DNA of 43,847 nt, taken from IMG/VR virus record IMGVR_UViG_3300030613_000005, one strand, 5' to 3'. The notes beneath the pieces are model-generated. The model was not told where the DNA came from, did not search any database, and saw nothing but the letters and a program-made list of their open reading frames with translations. The stretch is from a virus. Below are positions 9,156-17,755 of this stretch, one piece after another (position 1 is the stretch's first letter; each line of letters opens with the position of its first letter). The translations under genes and the position numbers were made by a program.

Positions 9156-9613
9156 GGTGTCTCCTTCCGTTGTGCGTACTGCTTTTCTAGCTCAGTAGGA
9201 ATAATACCCTGCAAGTGAAGGTAGTACATGCCATGCAACGTGGCTGAGATTTGATGAGACATTGCATGATCTGTTGGCATTTTTATTTGAAACCACATTT
9301 GTGCAATAGATAGAATGCTGTCTGCTTGTTCAACTACTTTCAATTTATGCCGAATAGCCCACGACCTAATTGCACCAATAGTTTGGATAGTTTCTACTCT
9401 AGAGCCCTTATGGGATTGCAGTTTATGCGGTTTAATTATATATCTTTCATATACCACCACGTCTCCCGCTACAGGGGTCTGTCCTTCTAAAAAATGGACT
9501 AGGCCATCAAAAGTTAACTGGCCTATGTCTAGTAAATCACCTCCATCTTCAAACCTAGCGTAGCCTATAGTATTAGAGTGTCCGGCGCCTGGGTCAAATG
9601 CGTATAAGGCCAT
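9152..9613 (-). CDS. RuvC-like Holliday junction resolvase
   Basis: N-terminus MALYAFDPG (catalytic Asp), then VVVYERY (Glu). About 150 aa, as in phage RuvC-family resolvases. Confidence 0.7.
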   Translation of the reverse strand: MALYAFDPGAGHSNTIGYARFEDGGDLLDIGQLTFDGLVHFLEGQTPVAGDVVVYERYIIKPHKLQSHKGSRVETIQTIGAIRSWAIRHKLKVVEQADSILSIAQMWFQIKMPTDHAMSHQISATLHGMYYLHLQGIIPTELEKQYAQRKETP

Positions 9614-9801
9614 TAGACGTCGTACCTTCTAAACTCTAGGGAATAAGACTTATCCTTCCAATTCCAGACGATGCCACTAACGTGAAGCCACCTATTCATT
9701 CGTGTACGTCGAATTGGACCACCATTTTTGCCTGCAAACATCCATTTAAAATGATTTATAGTACGTAGACGTCTATTCCATTTTGTTAGTTGCATTAGCA
9801 T
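9613..9801 (-). CDS. Hypothetical basic protein (62 aa)
   Basis: ORF packed between neighbours with 1-nt and 7-nt overlaps. Confidence 0.5.
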   Translation of the reverse strand: MLMQLTKWNRRLRTINHFKWMFAGKNGGPIRRTRMNRWLHVSGIVWNWKDKSYSLEFRRYDV

Positions 9802-10070
9802 CCTTCTTTATCTACGTGAAGTGCTGGAATGGATACAAGCACTATAAGAGATACGTCAAACTCTAGTGCTTCTTTTGTAGTCCTTTCTAATGTAGGATTA
9901 CTAGTGATTTCGTTGTCTATCTCTTGTTCCATTCTTGCTACTGTTTTTATTATCAGAGAGCCCAGCTCACTCGCATTAGAGTCTAGTTCTAGGTCATTAA
10001 GTTCTTCATCACTGAGGACGAGTCTGAATTCTTTCCAGTCGCCCCAAGGTACTATCCTTATCTCACTCAT
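9795..10070 (-). CDS. Hypothetical protein (91 aa)
   Basis: ATG 10070 is preceded by GGAGG and overlaps the upstream stop (ATGA). The longer track start at 10115 lacks an RBS. Confidence 0.6.
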   Translation of the reverse strand: MSEIRIVPWGDWKEFRLVLSDEELNDLELDSNASELGSLIIKTVARMEQEIDNEITSNPTLERTTKEALEFDVSLIVLVSIPALHVDKEGC

Positions 10071-10312
10071 AGCACGGCCTCCGCTGTACATTCGAGCATG
10101 TGCTCTTTTATGCATTTTAAAAAGTCTCTAGTAGTGAATATACCGCCGCTAGGTAGCTCAATAAGGCTGCTACAACGGCCGCAAAATACATCGTCGTTGT
10201 AGTAGTAGATTAACCAATCAACTTCCCCACCTATGGACGTCAACTCGGAATCTGATTCCGAAGTCAGGTTGAACATCTTCCATAACTCTTTTAATTTCTG
10301 GTAAAACCTCAT
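10067..10312 (-). CDS. Hypothetical protein with CxxC motifs
   Basis: ORF coupled by ATGA to the downstream gene. Its 5' end overlaps the DNA polymerase 3' end by 59 nt or more. Confidence 0.4.
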   Translation of the reverse strand: MRFYQKLKELWKMFNLTSESDSELTSIGGEVDWLIYYYNDDVFCGRCSSLIELPSGGIFTTRDFLKCIKEHMLECTAEAVL

Positions 10313-11987
10313 GTGCTACCTCATCTCTCACAGCAAACACTACTGAGTCGTGTACTTGGAGTAGCATCTTACAGTCTGAACCGTCTACAGTATCGTAGAG
10401 TCTTCTCATAGTACCCTCTACGATGTCTGCTGCCCCACCCTGACAGGCAGAATTGAAAGCTTTATGCGCTTCTTCATCTACAAATCTGAAATGACGGTAT
10501 CTTCCAGACCATAGTTTAATACGCTTATTCTTCTTAGCTGTACTTGACGCTAGATTAGACGCATTTTTGAATCCCGGGTATCCTGCGAAAAATTGGGCTC
10601 GCATTTGCTCTGCCGTAAGCGCATCCACGTTGAAGACGTTTTTGATTCGGCGAATACCTCCACCATACTGGATTGTGTATACCAATGTCTTCTGATCGTT
10701 ACGAGTAAGCCCTGTTTTTTCCGCCATCTCAGTAAAGATATCACGTGTGTCATCAGCAAAAAGCTCCATTAAACTAGCATCACGTGAGTAATGTGTTGCC
10801 AGTCGTAACTCTAGCTGTGAGTAGTCTCCTTCGTATAGTGTCCACCCTGGGTCTTCAATGAAAACTTTCTTCATCTCACCATTCCAGGGATGAAGTGATT
10901 TTTTAGGAATTTGCTGTAGGTTAGGGCTCTCGCAAGACCAACGACCAGTTTTAGTACGGTGCAACTTATAGTTTGGCCTTAGCCTACCGTCTGGACTTAG
11001 TAATGCTACATACGGCTTATAGTTAGAACTTACTGCTTTTTGCCAACCACGATATGCTCTAATTAATTTTGCTGTGTCATTGTCCCTTCTTTCTAGCATC
11101 TCGTCGTACTCTTCCATCGCATACTTGTCAAAGGAAGGGTTACCTGTTGGGGTTACTTTAACTATTGGTAAACCTAGCTCTGTCAGCAACAGATGTGCTA
11201 GGTCCTTATTAGATCCTGGATTTCTACCTAGGATCTCCCTAATATCTTCTAGCTGTTCATCTCCAATATACGCCATTCGTTCACTTAGCGGTACATCAAT
11301 CTTTATTCCTCTGCGTTCCATTGCCCTAACAATATTGATTATCTGTCTCTTACCTATCCAGTAACCTTCTAGCCCTTCTGCTTTGAACTTAGGGTGAAGA
11401 TGCTCAAATAGACGTAGAGTTAAGTCAGCGTCGTAAGAAGCGTATTCATACATCTCAGGAGATGGGATTGTGTCCCATCCATGCTTATCTGTCCAACGTT
11501 TAAACTCTGGACTGTCCTTTTTACCTGGATCATCAATCCAATGTTTAGACGTGGAGTTCAGACTCTGAGAATAAATATTTTCATTTAGCAGATAGCTCAT
11601 CATCATGGTACAATAGTCGGCAGTGCCTCCTATGACCACACCGATAGTGCCAAGGGATTCCAAATCGAATTTCAAATTGTGATATACGTTCGGGAAGCCC
11701 TGAGATTCCCTGAACTTCAAAACTTCTCGTAGCTGTTCTAGATACTGCTTTTCTAAGTTTTCTCCAAACCTGTGGCGAAACGGCATATAGTGAGATAGTA
11801 ACCCTCGAGGATGACGATAAGCGAACGATATGCCTTGGCAATACCCTCTCCCATCCCTAAGATCCTCACCATTAGTTTCTGTGTCTACAGCTACTACGGG
11901 GGCTGTAGCGGCGGCATTTAGTACGTCAACTAAATCCAAATGTTGGTCTGGATTCCGGTGGCTTACTGGTACTTTCGAGAAGTCCAT
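10218..11987 (-). CDS. Family A DNA polymerase with 3'-5' exonuclease domain
   Basis: Exo motifs VAVDTETNG, YHNLKFDL and YASYDADL. Pol motif A DYSQLELRL, motif B KTLVYTIQYGGG, motif C QVHDSVVF. Confidence 0.92.
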   Translation of the reverse strand: MDFSKVPVSHRNPDQHLDLVDVLNAAATAPVVAVDTETNGEDLRDGRGYCQGISFAYRHPRGLLSHYMPFRHRFGENLEKQYLEQLREVLKFRESQGFPNVYHNLKFDLESLGTIGVVIGGTADYCTMMMSYLLNENIYSQSLNSTSKHWIDDPGKKDSPEFKRWTDKHGWDTIPSPEMYEYASYDADLTLRLFEHLHPKFKAEGLEGYWIGKRQIINIVRAMERRGIKIDVPLSERMAYIGDEQLEDIREILGRNPGSNKDLAHLLLTELGLPIVKVTPTGNPSFDKYAMEEYDEMLERRDNDTAKLIRAYRGWQKAVSSNYKPYVALLSPDGRLRPNYKLHRTKTGRWSCESPNLQQIPKKSLHPWNGEMKKVFIEDPGWTLYEGDYSQLELRLATHYSRDASLMELFADDTRDIFTEMAEKTGLTRNDQKTLVYTIQYGGGIRRIKNVFNVDALTAEQMRAQFFAGYPGFKNASNLASSTAKKNKRIKLWSGRYRHFRFVDEEAHKAFNSACQGGAADIVEGTMRRLYDTVDGSDCKMLLQVHDSVVFAVRDEVAHEVLPEIKRVMEDVQPDFGIRFRVDVHRWGS

Positions 11988-13767
11988 TAGGTGTGTCTAT
12001 CTCCAACTGAGTAGTGAACTGGAGGTGCTCCATTCGCTTAATCTTAAACGGACTACGCTTTCTGGCTAACCTATTTTTTACCACTGTTAGCTCAATATCG
12101 TCTACTGTCGGTCCTCCTGGCCACAGAGAAATGCCAAAGTCTAAACCGGCAGCAATGTATTGACTACCATAGATATCTGCTTGATCTTTAGGCTTCTTGT
12201 TACCCTCTTGTGGTTTACGCGTATGGTGAATTACTACGAAGTAACATCCATACTTATTACGAAGTTGGCGTAGATAAGCAAAAAATGAACGAACCTCTAA
12301 GTCACTTTGTAGGTCTTTTATAACTTGTCCTAGAGAATCAATGTAAACACCGGTAGGACCAATCTCAGCTAAGAGCATCTCTAGGAAAGCTTTACCTTCG
12401 GGTTTAAATAGAGGAATAGGCTCACCAATTGGCGCGATTACGAAATTGTTTTGTAGCCCTTCCATATCTTCTGGTTGATATGCTTGTGCCATATTGTGAG
12501 AGAAGAATCCTAAATCGTTAGCACCCATTTCCAATGAGATAAGAAGACTTTTATGCGCCTGTAGCGGAGTCCATCCTAGGAACTCTTTACCTAGAGCAAA
12601 CCTCATGCCCATATTTAAAGCCAGCTGAGTTTTACCTGTACCAGGAGGACCTACTACTAATCCTACTCCCCCTTGTGCTATTAGGTTTTTAACTACCCAC
12701 TCTACCCTAAGGTCTAAGGCATTAAAATCTAAGAAGCCGTAGTACAGCTTCTTGTCTACCGCTACAGGGGTTATTTCGTCGAGTAGTCCAGCGAATGTAG
12801 GGTCTTCTACTTTATGAGGAAACTTCTGACGGGCTTTATTGACAATATCTAGTAGCCGTCTGATCCTGTCATTACGTTCTTTGAACTTACCCCATTTGTC
12901 GTCAATCCATAGCATAATTGCGTATGCTTCTGAATCTGTCATACCTAGTTCACAGCAGTGGTAAGCTACTCTCATCATCGCAGAACTACGCGACCCAACA
13001 GGTAACTCATCTTTTACTACCAGTGCCAAAGTATCTGATTCTAGTGTGTAACTCCCTAGAACAGTTTCTACTTTAGGCAGATTTGCATAGTCAATTGAAT
13101 CTTTGACTAGTTCTTTTACTGGTTTTAGAGTTAGGAACCCATCTGCGTTATATCTAGTTTCGTCAAAGGAGCATACCAGTACAGGTAAGGGTTCAGGTCT
13201 TTTAATACCTCCAGACCTAGTGTAGGATGTTGTGTATGGAGGTCGAAGTAATTGTCCGACATCCCATCCACTAGTGTCTGCTCCGTAGGTGTAAGCAATT
13301 GCTCGGTTAGTTCCTTCGATCCATGCTGTATCTTCTTGGAACTCATCTAGTCTCCAGTATACGTGCCTATGTGACTCTGTGGAAGACTGTATCTCTAGGC
13401 TGGGAGGCCCCGGAACGGGGCCAGACGGCCCGCTATCATGATCGTTTGGCGTCTGGCCCCACTCGTCAGGGGGACTTTTGTCGAAATCAGCCCATACCAT
13501 GTATGAACCTACGACATCTCCAGGAGCAATTACCTTCTTCCAAGGCTTGTTGTAGATAGCGGGAGAAAAGTACACATCTTTTTGCTGGGCTGCTGAGGCT
13601 AGAACGTGCTTTACTACATGTTCTGCGTGCAGCGGCCACCTAAAGAAATACTTTTTCCAGGCGCCATCATTGGCCTTGACAGGTACATACACGTATCCTT
13701 CAACACTCCCCCACATCAAGCTAAAGAACTGGGTTAACCCCTCTCTGGGTTCAGTGCTGAATGACAC
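11926..13767 (-). CDS. Bifunctional primase-polymerase / RepA-DnaB-like helicase
   Basis: N-terminal prim-pol motifs VWADFD and STESHRHVYW. Walker A GPPGTGKT and Walker B-like FVVIHH. Overlaps the polymerase start by 62 nt. Confidence 0.8.
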   Translation of the reverse strand: MSFSTEPREGLTQFFSLMWGSVEGYVYVPVKANDGAWKKYFFRWPLHAEHVVKHVLASAAQQKDVYFSPAIYNKPWKKVIAPGDVVGSYMVWADFDKSPPDEWGQTPNDHDSGPSGPVPGPPSLEIQSSTESHRHVYWRLDEFQEDTAWIEGTNRAIAYTYGADTSGWDVGQLLRPPYTTSYTRSGGIKRPEPLPVLVCSFDETRYNADGFLTLKPVKELVKDSIDYANLPKVETVLGSYTLESDTLALVVKDELPVGSRSSAMMRVAYHCCELGMTDSEAYAIMLWIDDKWGKFKERNDRIRRLLDIVNKARQKFPHKVEDPTFAGLLDEITPVAVDKKLYYGFLDFNALDLRVEWVVKNLIAQGGVGLVVGPPGTGKTQLALNMGMRFALGKEFLGWTPLQAHKSLLISLEMGANDLGFFSHNMAQAYQPEDMEGLQNNFVIAPIGEPIPLFKPEGKAFLEMLLAEIGPTGVYIDSLGQVIKDLQSDLEVRSFFAYLRQLRNKYGCYFVVIHHTRKPQEGNKKPKDQADIYGSQYIAAGLDFGISLWPGGPTVDDIELTVVKNRLARKRSPFKIKRMEHLQFTTQLEIDTPNGLLESTSKPPESRPTFGFS

Positions 13768-13777
13768 ATCTCACCAC

Positions 13778-14284
13778 CTACAAGTCTAGTTTGAATGAAA
13801 AAAGATCTGTACCAAAATCAAACTCATCTTTCTTATCAAGTATCTTCTCTGTTACTACTTTCTCTACTACTGGGATTTCTACATTCGTGGTTGGACGTAC
13901 TCTGAAAAAACAACTAGGCGGTGGAATTTTTCCAACTTTGATTCTATTCCTCTTTACTGCTTCTGGTCCTGGTGCTACGTCATTTGTCTTATGTGCTTCT
14001 AGACAGTTCCAGCAGAATGGTTCATGAATGTCGAATGCTGGGTGCCTAAAATCAAATAAGAAGAAACTTTCACACAACCCGCATTCGTATAGGTCCCAAT
14101 GCTTCTGCTTCTTACAAGCAGAACATACTTTAAGCGTAGTGCTCCAGTCGGGGGCTGGCTGTTTAGCTGAAAAGAAATCCTCTCCCCCACAAAGACAGAC
14201 CTTCCCTCTAAGCTCGCTGGGAAGGTCTGCTGTGAATTGCAATGGCCCTACTGTGCCATTGCTGTATTGGACGTATAGCGTCAT
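13778..14284 (-). CDS. Hypothetical Cys-rich (zinc-finger-like) protein
   Basis: 168-aa ORF with several CxxC pairs (CSACKK, CGLCES, CWNCLEAH). Confidence 0.7.
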   Translation of the reverse strand: MTLYVQYSNGTVGPLQFTADLPSELRGKVCLCGGEDFFSAKQPAPDWSTTLKVCSACKKQKHWDLYECGLCESFFLFDFRHPAFDIHEPFCWNCLEAHKTNDVAPGPEAVKRNRIKVGKIPPPSCFFRVRPTTNVEIPVVEKVVTEKILDKKDEFDFGTDLFSFKLDL

Positions 14285-14342
14285 TAGTATCTCTCCCGTT
14301 CTAGTAAGATGTTTCTACTAAGATACTAATTCTAATTACAAG

Positions 14343-14416
14343 TGGACTAACTGGGACTTGAACCCAGGACCGCCATCTTATAAGGATGGTGCTCTAACCT
14401 ACTGAGCTATTAGTCC
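14343..14416 (-). tRNA. tRNA-Ile (anticodon UAU)
   Basis: Hand-folded cloverleaf: GGACTAA / TA / GCTC-AGTAGGTTA-GAGC / A / CCATC-CTTATAA-GATGG / CGGTC / CTGGG-TTCAAGT-CCCAG / TTAGTCC / A. Confidence 0.8.
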
Positions 14417-14428
14417 ATGCTAGGTATA

Positions 14429-14599
14429 CTATTCAACAAGTAGTAAGTATGGGGTTTTTTTCTTATAGTAGTCCCAGACATCTTTTGCACTTTTACCTAT
14501 TGTCCAATGAGCAATAGGAGGAGCCTCTGTTATTCGTTTAGTGTTCCTGTCAACTATTAAACCAAAAGTTGCATGCTGTAGTTTTATTACAATCATCAT
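14429..14599 (-). CDS. Possible small ORF (56 aa) between two tRNAs
   Basis: ATG lies 1 nt after the tRNA 3' end, with no clear RBS. Fills the whole inter-tRNA gap. Confidence 0.3.
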   Translation of the reverse strand: MMIVIKLQHATFGLIVDRNTKRITEAPPIAHWTIGKSAKDVWDYYKKKTPYLLLVE

Positions 14600-14600
14600 G

Positions 14601-14673
14601 TGCCCTAGGTGGGACTCGAACCCACACTGTTCCGATTTTAAATCGGATTTCTCTGCCGTTGGAATACTAGGGC
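14601..14673 (-). tRNA. tRNA with anticodon UAA (Leu-decoding) but a class I short variable arm
   Basis: Hand-folded: GCCCTAG / TA / TTC-CAACGGCAGA-GAA / A / TCCGA-TTTAAAA-TCGGA / ACAGT / GTGGG-TTCGAGT-CCCAC / CTAGGGC / A. Confidence 0.7.
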
Positions 14674-14687
14674 CTGGTGAGTACTAT

Positions 14688-14855
14688 TTAAATACCCCAC
14701 CAGCTAAGGAAAAATACCCCGCTTAGCGATAAATATTTAATTTCTTTATCATACAAATGACATCCTACGGTAATACATTTTAATGTGTTATTATCCTCTA
14801 CAGTAAATTTATCGCTGCATCCAGGACAGTAAACATCTTCATCTTCTTCGTACAT
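14688..14855 (-). CDS. Small zinc-ribbon-like ORF (55 aa)
   Basis: ATG 14855 is preceded by AGAGAGG. Translation MYEEDEDVYCPGCSDKFTVEDNNTLKCITVGCH... Below the 60-aa track cut-off. Confidence 0.45.
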   Translation of the reverse strand: MYEEDEDVYCPGCSDKFTVEDNNTLKCITVGCHLYDKEIKYLSLSGVFFLSWWGI

Positions 14856-14864
14856 GTAAGCCTC

Positions 14865-14894
14865 TCTCTACCGTTGGAATACTAGGGCCTGGTG
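14865..14894 (-). repeat. Duplicated 5' fragment of the UAA tRNA (pseudo-tRNA fragment)
   Basis: 30 nt at 14865-14894 match 14650-14679 at 29/30 positions. The repeat covers 6 nt upstream plus tRNA positions 1-24. Confidence 0.9.
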
Positions 14895-15056
14895 CCAGGA
14901 GGTTCCTAGTGACGTAGTTCCCTGGCATTTTAAGGGGGCGGATTATCACTCATAAATTTCAGCTATGCTCCCATAGCCTACTACCGCACTTCACTCTGAT
15001 CCCTCATCAATCCACTACAGGGCCACCCCTCACAGGTTACTGTAGCGGAAGTTTAA

Positions 15057-15272
15057 TTACTGATGGATAGCCACCGCAGCATTAGCCCACATCATAGTTT
15101 CTTGAATTGATGTAAGAGCTAGTGACTTCTCACGAGACTCAGGAAGCATGTCGTTCAGCCCCGCAGCTACCTCAGAACAGATAGCCCTGATTAACTCGTG
15201 CTGCTCTCGGACTACGTCACTAGTTGGTTTGTGATAAGCGAATCTATTGGCAAGTTCTGCTGGATCTATCAT
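15057..15272 (-). CDS. Small helical protein (71 aa) with YHKP ... RE-SLALT ... MMWANAAVA motifs
   Basis: ORF with a GGAG-type RBS. From memory, the motif pattern recurs in many phage small proteins. Confidence 0.7.
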   Translation of the reverse strand: MIDPAELANRFAYHKPTSDVVREQHELIRAICSEVAAGLNDMLPESREKSLALTSIQETMMWANAAVAIHQ

Positions 15273-15281
15273 TAATACTCC

Positions 15282-15788
15282 TTAGTCGTCGAACGGGTTA
15301 GAGCCACCAGACGAAACAGTGCTGATCCCACCCTCAGGAACCACTACCTCTCCTGGCTTAGCAGCCCGAGAGTAAATAGAAGGATAGTCCGAACCTGCCT
15401 TGTGCTTAACAGTCAGGACAGATGGCAGACCGATAAGGTCCTCTGGCTTGGTCTGATTAATCCTTGACTCAGGAACACCCAGATTCAGCATCTCTTTCTT
15501 GAGGAAGGAAAGAGCCTCTTGGTACTTTTGTTTGGCTTCATCAGTCATGAGAGCCATATCTTCTGGTGAGAGTCGCTTGGGGATATTGTGCCAGGTTTGG
15601 AGAATCCGGCCAGCTTTCCCCCCTTCGACAATGGTACGCTTGATAACCAAACTCTTCTTGGTCTTGTCCGCGTTGTCGACTACACTAACTTCTGTGACGA
15701 TAGTAGGGTACACGCCAGCTGGAATTTTAAACGGATCGTCGTCGGCCGAAGCAACGTCTAGGTCACCAAAGATGTTGTCTTCAAACAT
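15282..15788 (-). CDS. SSB-like protein with acidic C-terminal tail
   Basis: 168 aa ending in SNPFDD. Positioned immediately downstream of the ATPase/exonuclease recombination genes. The function is inferred. Confidence 0.5.
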   Translation of the reverse strand: MFEDNIFGDLDVASADDDPFKIPAGVYPTIVTEVSVVDNADKTKKSLVIKRTIVEGGKAGRILQTWHNIPKRLSPEDMALMTDEAKQKYQEALSFLKKEMLNLGVPESRINQTKPEDLIGLPSVLTVKHKAGSDYPSIYSRAAKPGEVVVPEGGISTVSSGGSNPFDD

Positions 15789-15790
15789 TG

Positions 15791-16708
15791 TTACTCTACC
15801 TCAATTCCTACGAATGAATCATCAGTATCTGTGTTGTCTAGTATCTCAGTCACCAGTTCGTTTGTGTCTACCTCTCCTCTTTTGCCTTCGATGTACTCAA
15901 CTACACCCTCAATGAGTTCATCGAAACTGATTTTTTCTCCCAGCCCATCAATTCGTGTCTTGGCGATAACACGACGGGTTGGATGCACTCTAACACTTCT
16001 AACGTAGACAGTCTCGCCTGAGCTATCTTCACGGGTGTTAGCAGACACATAGCCTACTAGCAGCATCTCTTCACGTAGTTTAGAGGACAGTTTAGGCATA
16101 AACGCTGGAGAGACAACTTCGATATTTAAGTTATCCTTGTCTCTCCGGATATGAGAGACATGAATAACATGCGCTGGAGTACCGTGAAGTGCTAGTAGCG
16201 TACGTTTACCTCTTTGAGTAGCAGCATTCATGTCCGGTTGTTTAGGCTCATCTGGGTCTTTCTCAGGATCTTTTTTAGCTCTAACCTGAGTAACCAGGAG
16301 TAGATCCTGATCCGCCATAGACGACGACTCATCTAGGATTACCACACCTACGTTATCAAATGGTGGTGGAGTTTTAGCCGCATTAAGTGCAAGTGCAAGA
16401 GTATCAATCTGAGAATACCCTTTATACCGCATTCTCACGACCCCTGGGCGTAAGTAAGCCCATCTAGGGTTCATGAGAGTAGCATATCCCTCTTTATAGT
16501 CGATGTACAAAATCTTTTTATCTTTAGGACAAATAGCTTTTGCTAGTTGGATGGCCAGTACAGTTTTACCTGTACCACTTTCTCCGTACAGCATAGCTAA
16601 GATTTTTGGTGTGCTTGTGTCCATGTCTTCCATAGACGCTAGCAGGTTACTAAGAAGTATTTCTTTTTCAGTTTGTGCTGGAGTTCGTTCATCGATAGGT
16701 TCAGACAT
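15791..16708 (-). CDS. RecA-like / AAA-type ATPase (recombination mediator or annealing-protein class)
   Basis: Walker A GESGTGKT and Walker B VVILDESS. Adjacent to the exonuclease with an ATGA-type junction. Confidence 0.6.
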   Translation of the reverse strand: MSEPIDERTPAQTEKEILLSNLLASMEDMDTSTPKILAMLYGESGTGKTVLAIQLAKAICPKDKKILYIDYKEGYATLMNPRWAYLRPGVVRMRYKGYSQIDTLALALNAAKTPPPFDNVGVVILDESSSMADQDLLLVTQVRAKKDPEKDPDEPKQPDMNAATQRGKRTLLALHGTPAHVIHVSHIRRDKDNLNIEVVSPAFMPKLSSKLREEMLLVGYVSANTREDSSGETVYVRSVRVHPTRRVIAKTRIDGLGEKISFDELIEGVVEYIEGKRGEVDTNELVTEILDNTDTDDSFVGIEVE

Positions 16709-17559
16709 TAGTCTTCCTCTACAGCGTAGCCATATCTCGTGTTTACCTCATAGTTGAATTTACGTTCCATCTTACCGTCGCCGCCATTAGCTTCCACGGC
16801 GCATAGGCTTTTAAAGGGACAGCTTCTACACACTGTCTGGTTAGCGTTTCTAGATACCTTAGTTTCCCACTCCCCTACTTCTAAAGACCTAAGATCTAGC
16901 ATCCGCTCTGACGCATTTACTAGATCACGAAATGCATTTTGAATCCTAGGAGTAGACAAACGTAGAGGGGCTAGAAGATATTTGTCACTCTCGTTATTGA
17001 GCTTACGGTATCGAATAAAACCGTACATCCCGTCACGGACGTTTAAACCTAACGCCCTAGCTGCTCCTACATACCTAGGTAACTGCGGGGCTAGGGACAT
17101 AAAATCTGCGTCATAGAAGTCATATGTAAACTTCCAATCAACAAATTTCTTTTGTCCATCTGTGTCATAGATACAAGCATCTACTGTGAACGCATAAGTA
17201 AAGTCTGGAAAATCTAGCATGTACTCTGCTTCTACAGTTTCAATTATCCAGCCACTAATACGATCCTCGTACCACTCTACAAACCCTTTAGCCAAAATAA
17301 GTGCTGCTGCCACTATAGGAGGGTTTGAGTTACTTCTCAACTCTACTACAGCTTGATTTGCCATGACAGCTAATCTTGCCTGATGGCCACCTGTAGCGGA
17401 AAAGTATGCTTTTAACAATGAATGACCGGTAATACCTCTATTTAAGGCGTCACTCATACCGTTACTACGAATTAGTTTTTCACCAAAAGCGTAGTAGTGT
17501 CTACGCTCACATTGAACAAAACTATCTACCTCAGAGTGACTCAGGATTGGTAGGTTCAT
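16708..17559 (-). CDS. Cas4/RecB-like PD-(D/E)XK exonuclease with Fe-S cysteines
   Basis: N-terminal Cys (VQCERRHYY). Core FVDWKF. C-terminal CRSCPFKSLC (C-x2-C-x5-C). Confidence 0.7.
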   Translation of the reverse strand: MNLPILSHSEVDSFVQCERRHYYAFGEKLIRSNGMSDALNRGITGHSLLKAYFSATGGHQARLAVMANQAVVELRSNSNPPIVAAALILAKGFVEWYEDRISGWIIETVEAEYMLDFPDFTYAFTVDACIYDTDGQKKFVDWKFTYDFYDADFMSLAPQLPRYVGAARALGLNVRDGMYGFIRYRKLNNESDKYLLAPLRLSTPRIQNAFRDLVNASERMLDLRSLEVGEWETKVSRNANQTVCRSCPFKSLCAVEANGGDGKMERKFNYEVNTRYGYAVEED

Positions 17560-17755
17560 CTGGGAGAACTCCCGTAAGTAGGTACTGCTGAATCTTGTCT
17601 GCGTCTATTAGAAGGTCATAGATAGTTTCGTGGGATACAGATGTTGCTAGGGTTACTACTCGTTCACGTAGTGCTGCTTTCTGTTCCTCTGACATTGTGA
17701 CCTGTTCAATATCAGTTGTTGCAGGATTAAAAAGAAAGCCACTAAGGTTGTCCAT
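17531..17755 (-). CDS. Hypothetical protein (74 aa)
   Basis: ORF overlapping both neighbours by short distances. Confidence 0.5.
   Translation of the reverse strand: MDNLSGFLFNPATTDIEQVTMSEEQKAALRERVVTLATSVSHETIYDLLIDADKIQQYLLTGVLPDEPTNPESL

Noticed and set aside
14541-14726. Track ORF of 61 aa (plus strand).
   Set aside because: It runs antisense straight through the UAA tRNA gene.
14650-14894. Whether the tRNA fragment duplication marks an attP/attL site of a temperate element.
   Set aside because: There is no integrase or excisionase anywhere in the genome. The bracketed segment is only about 185 bp.
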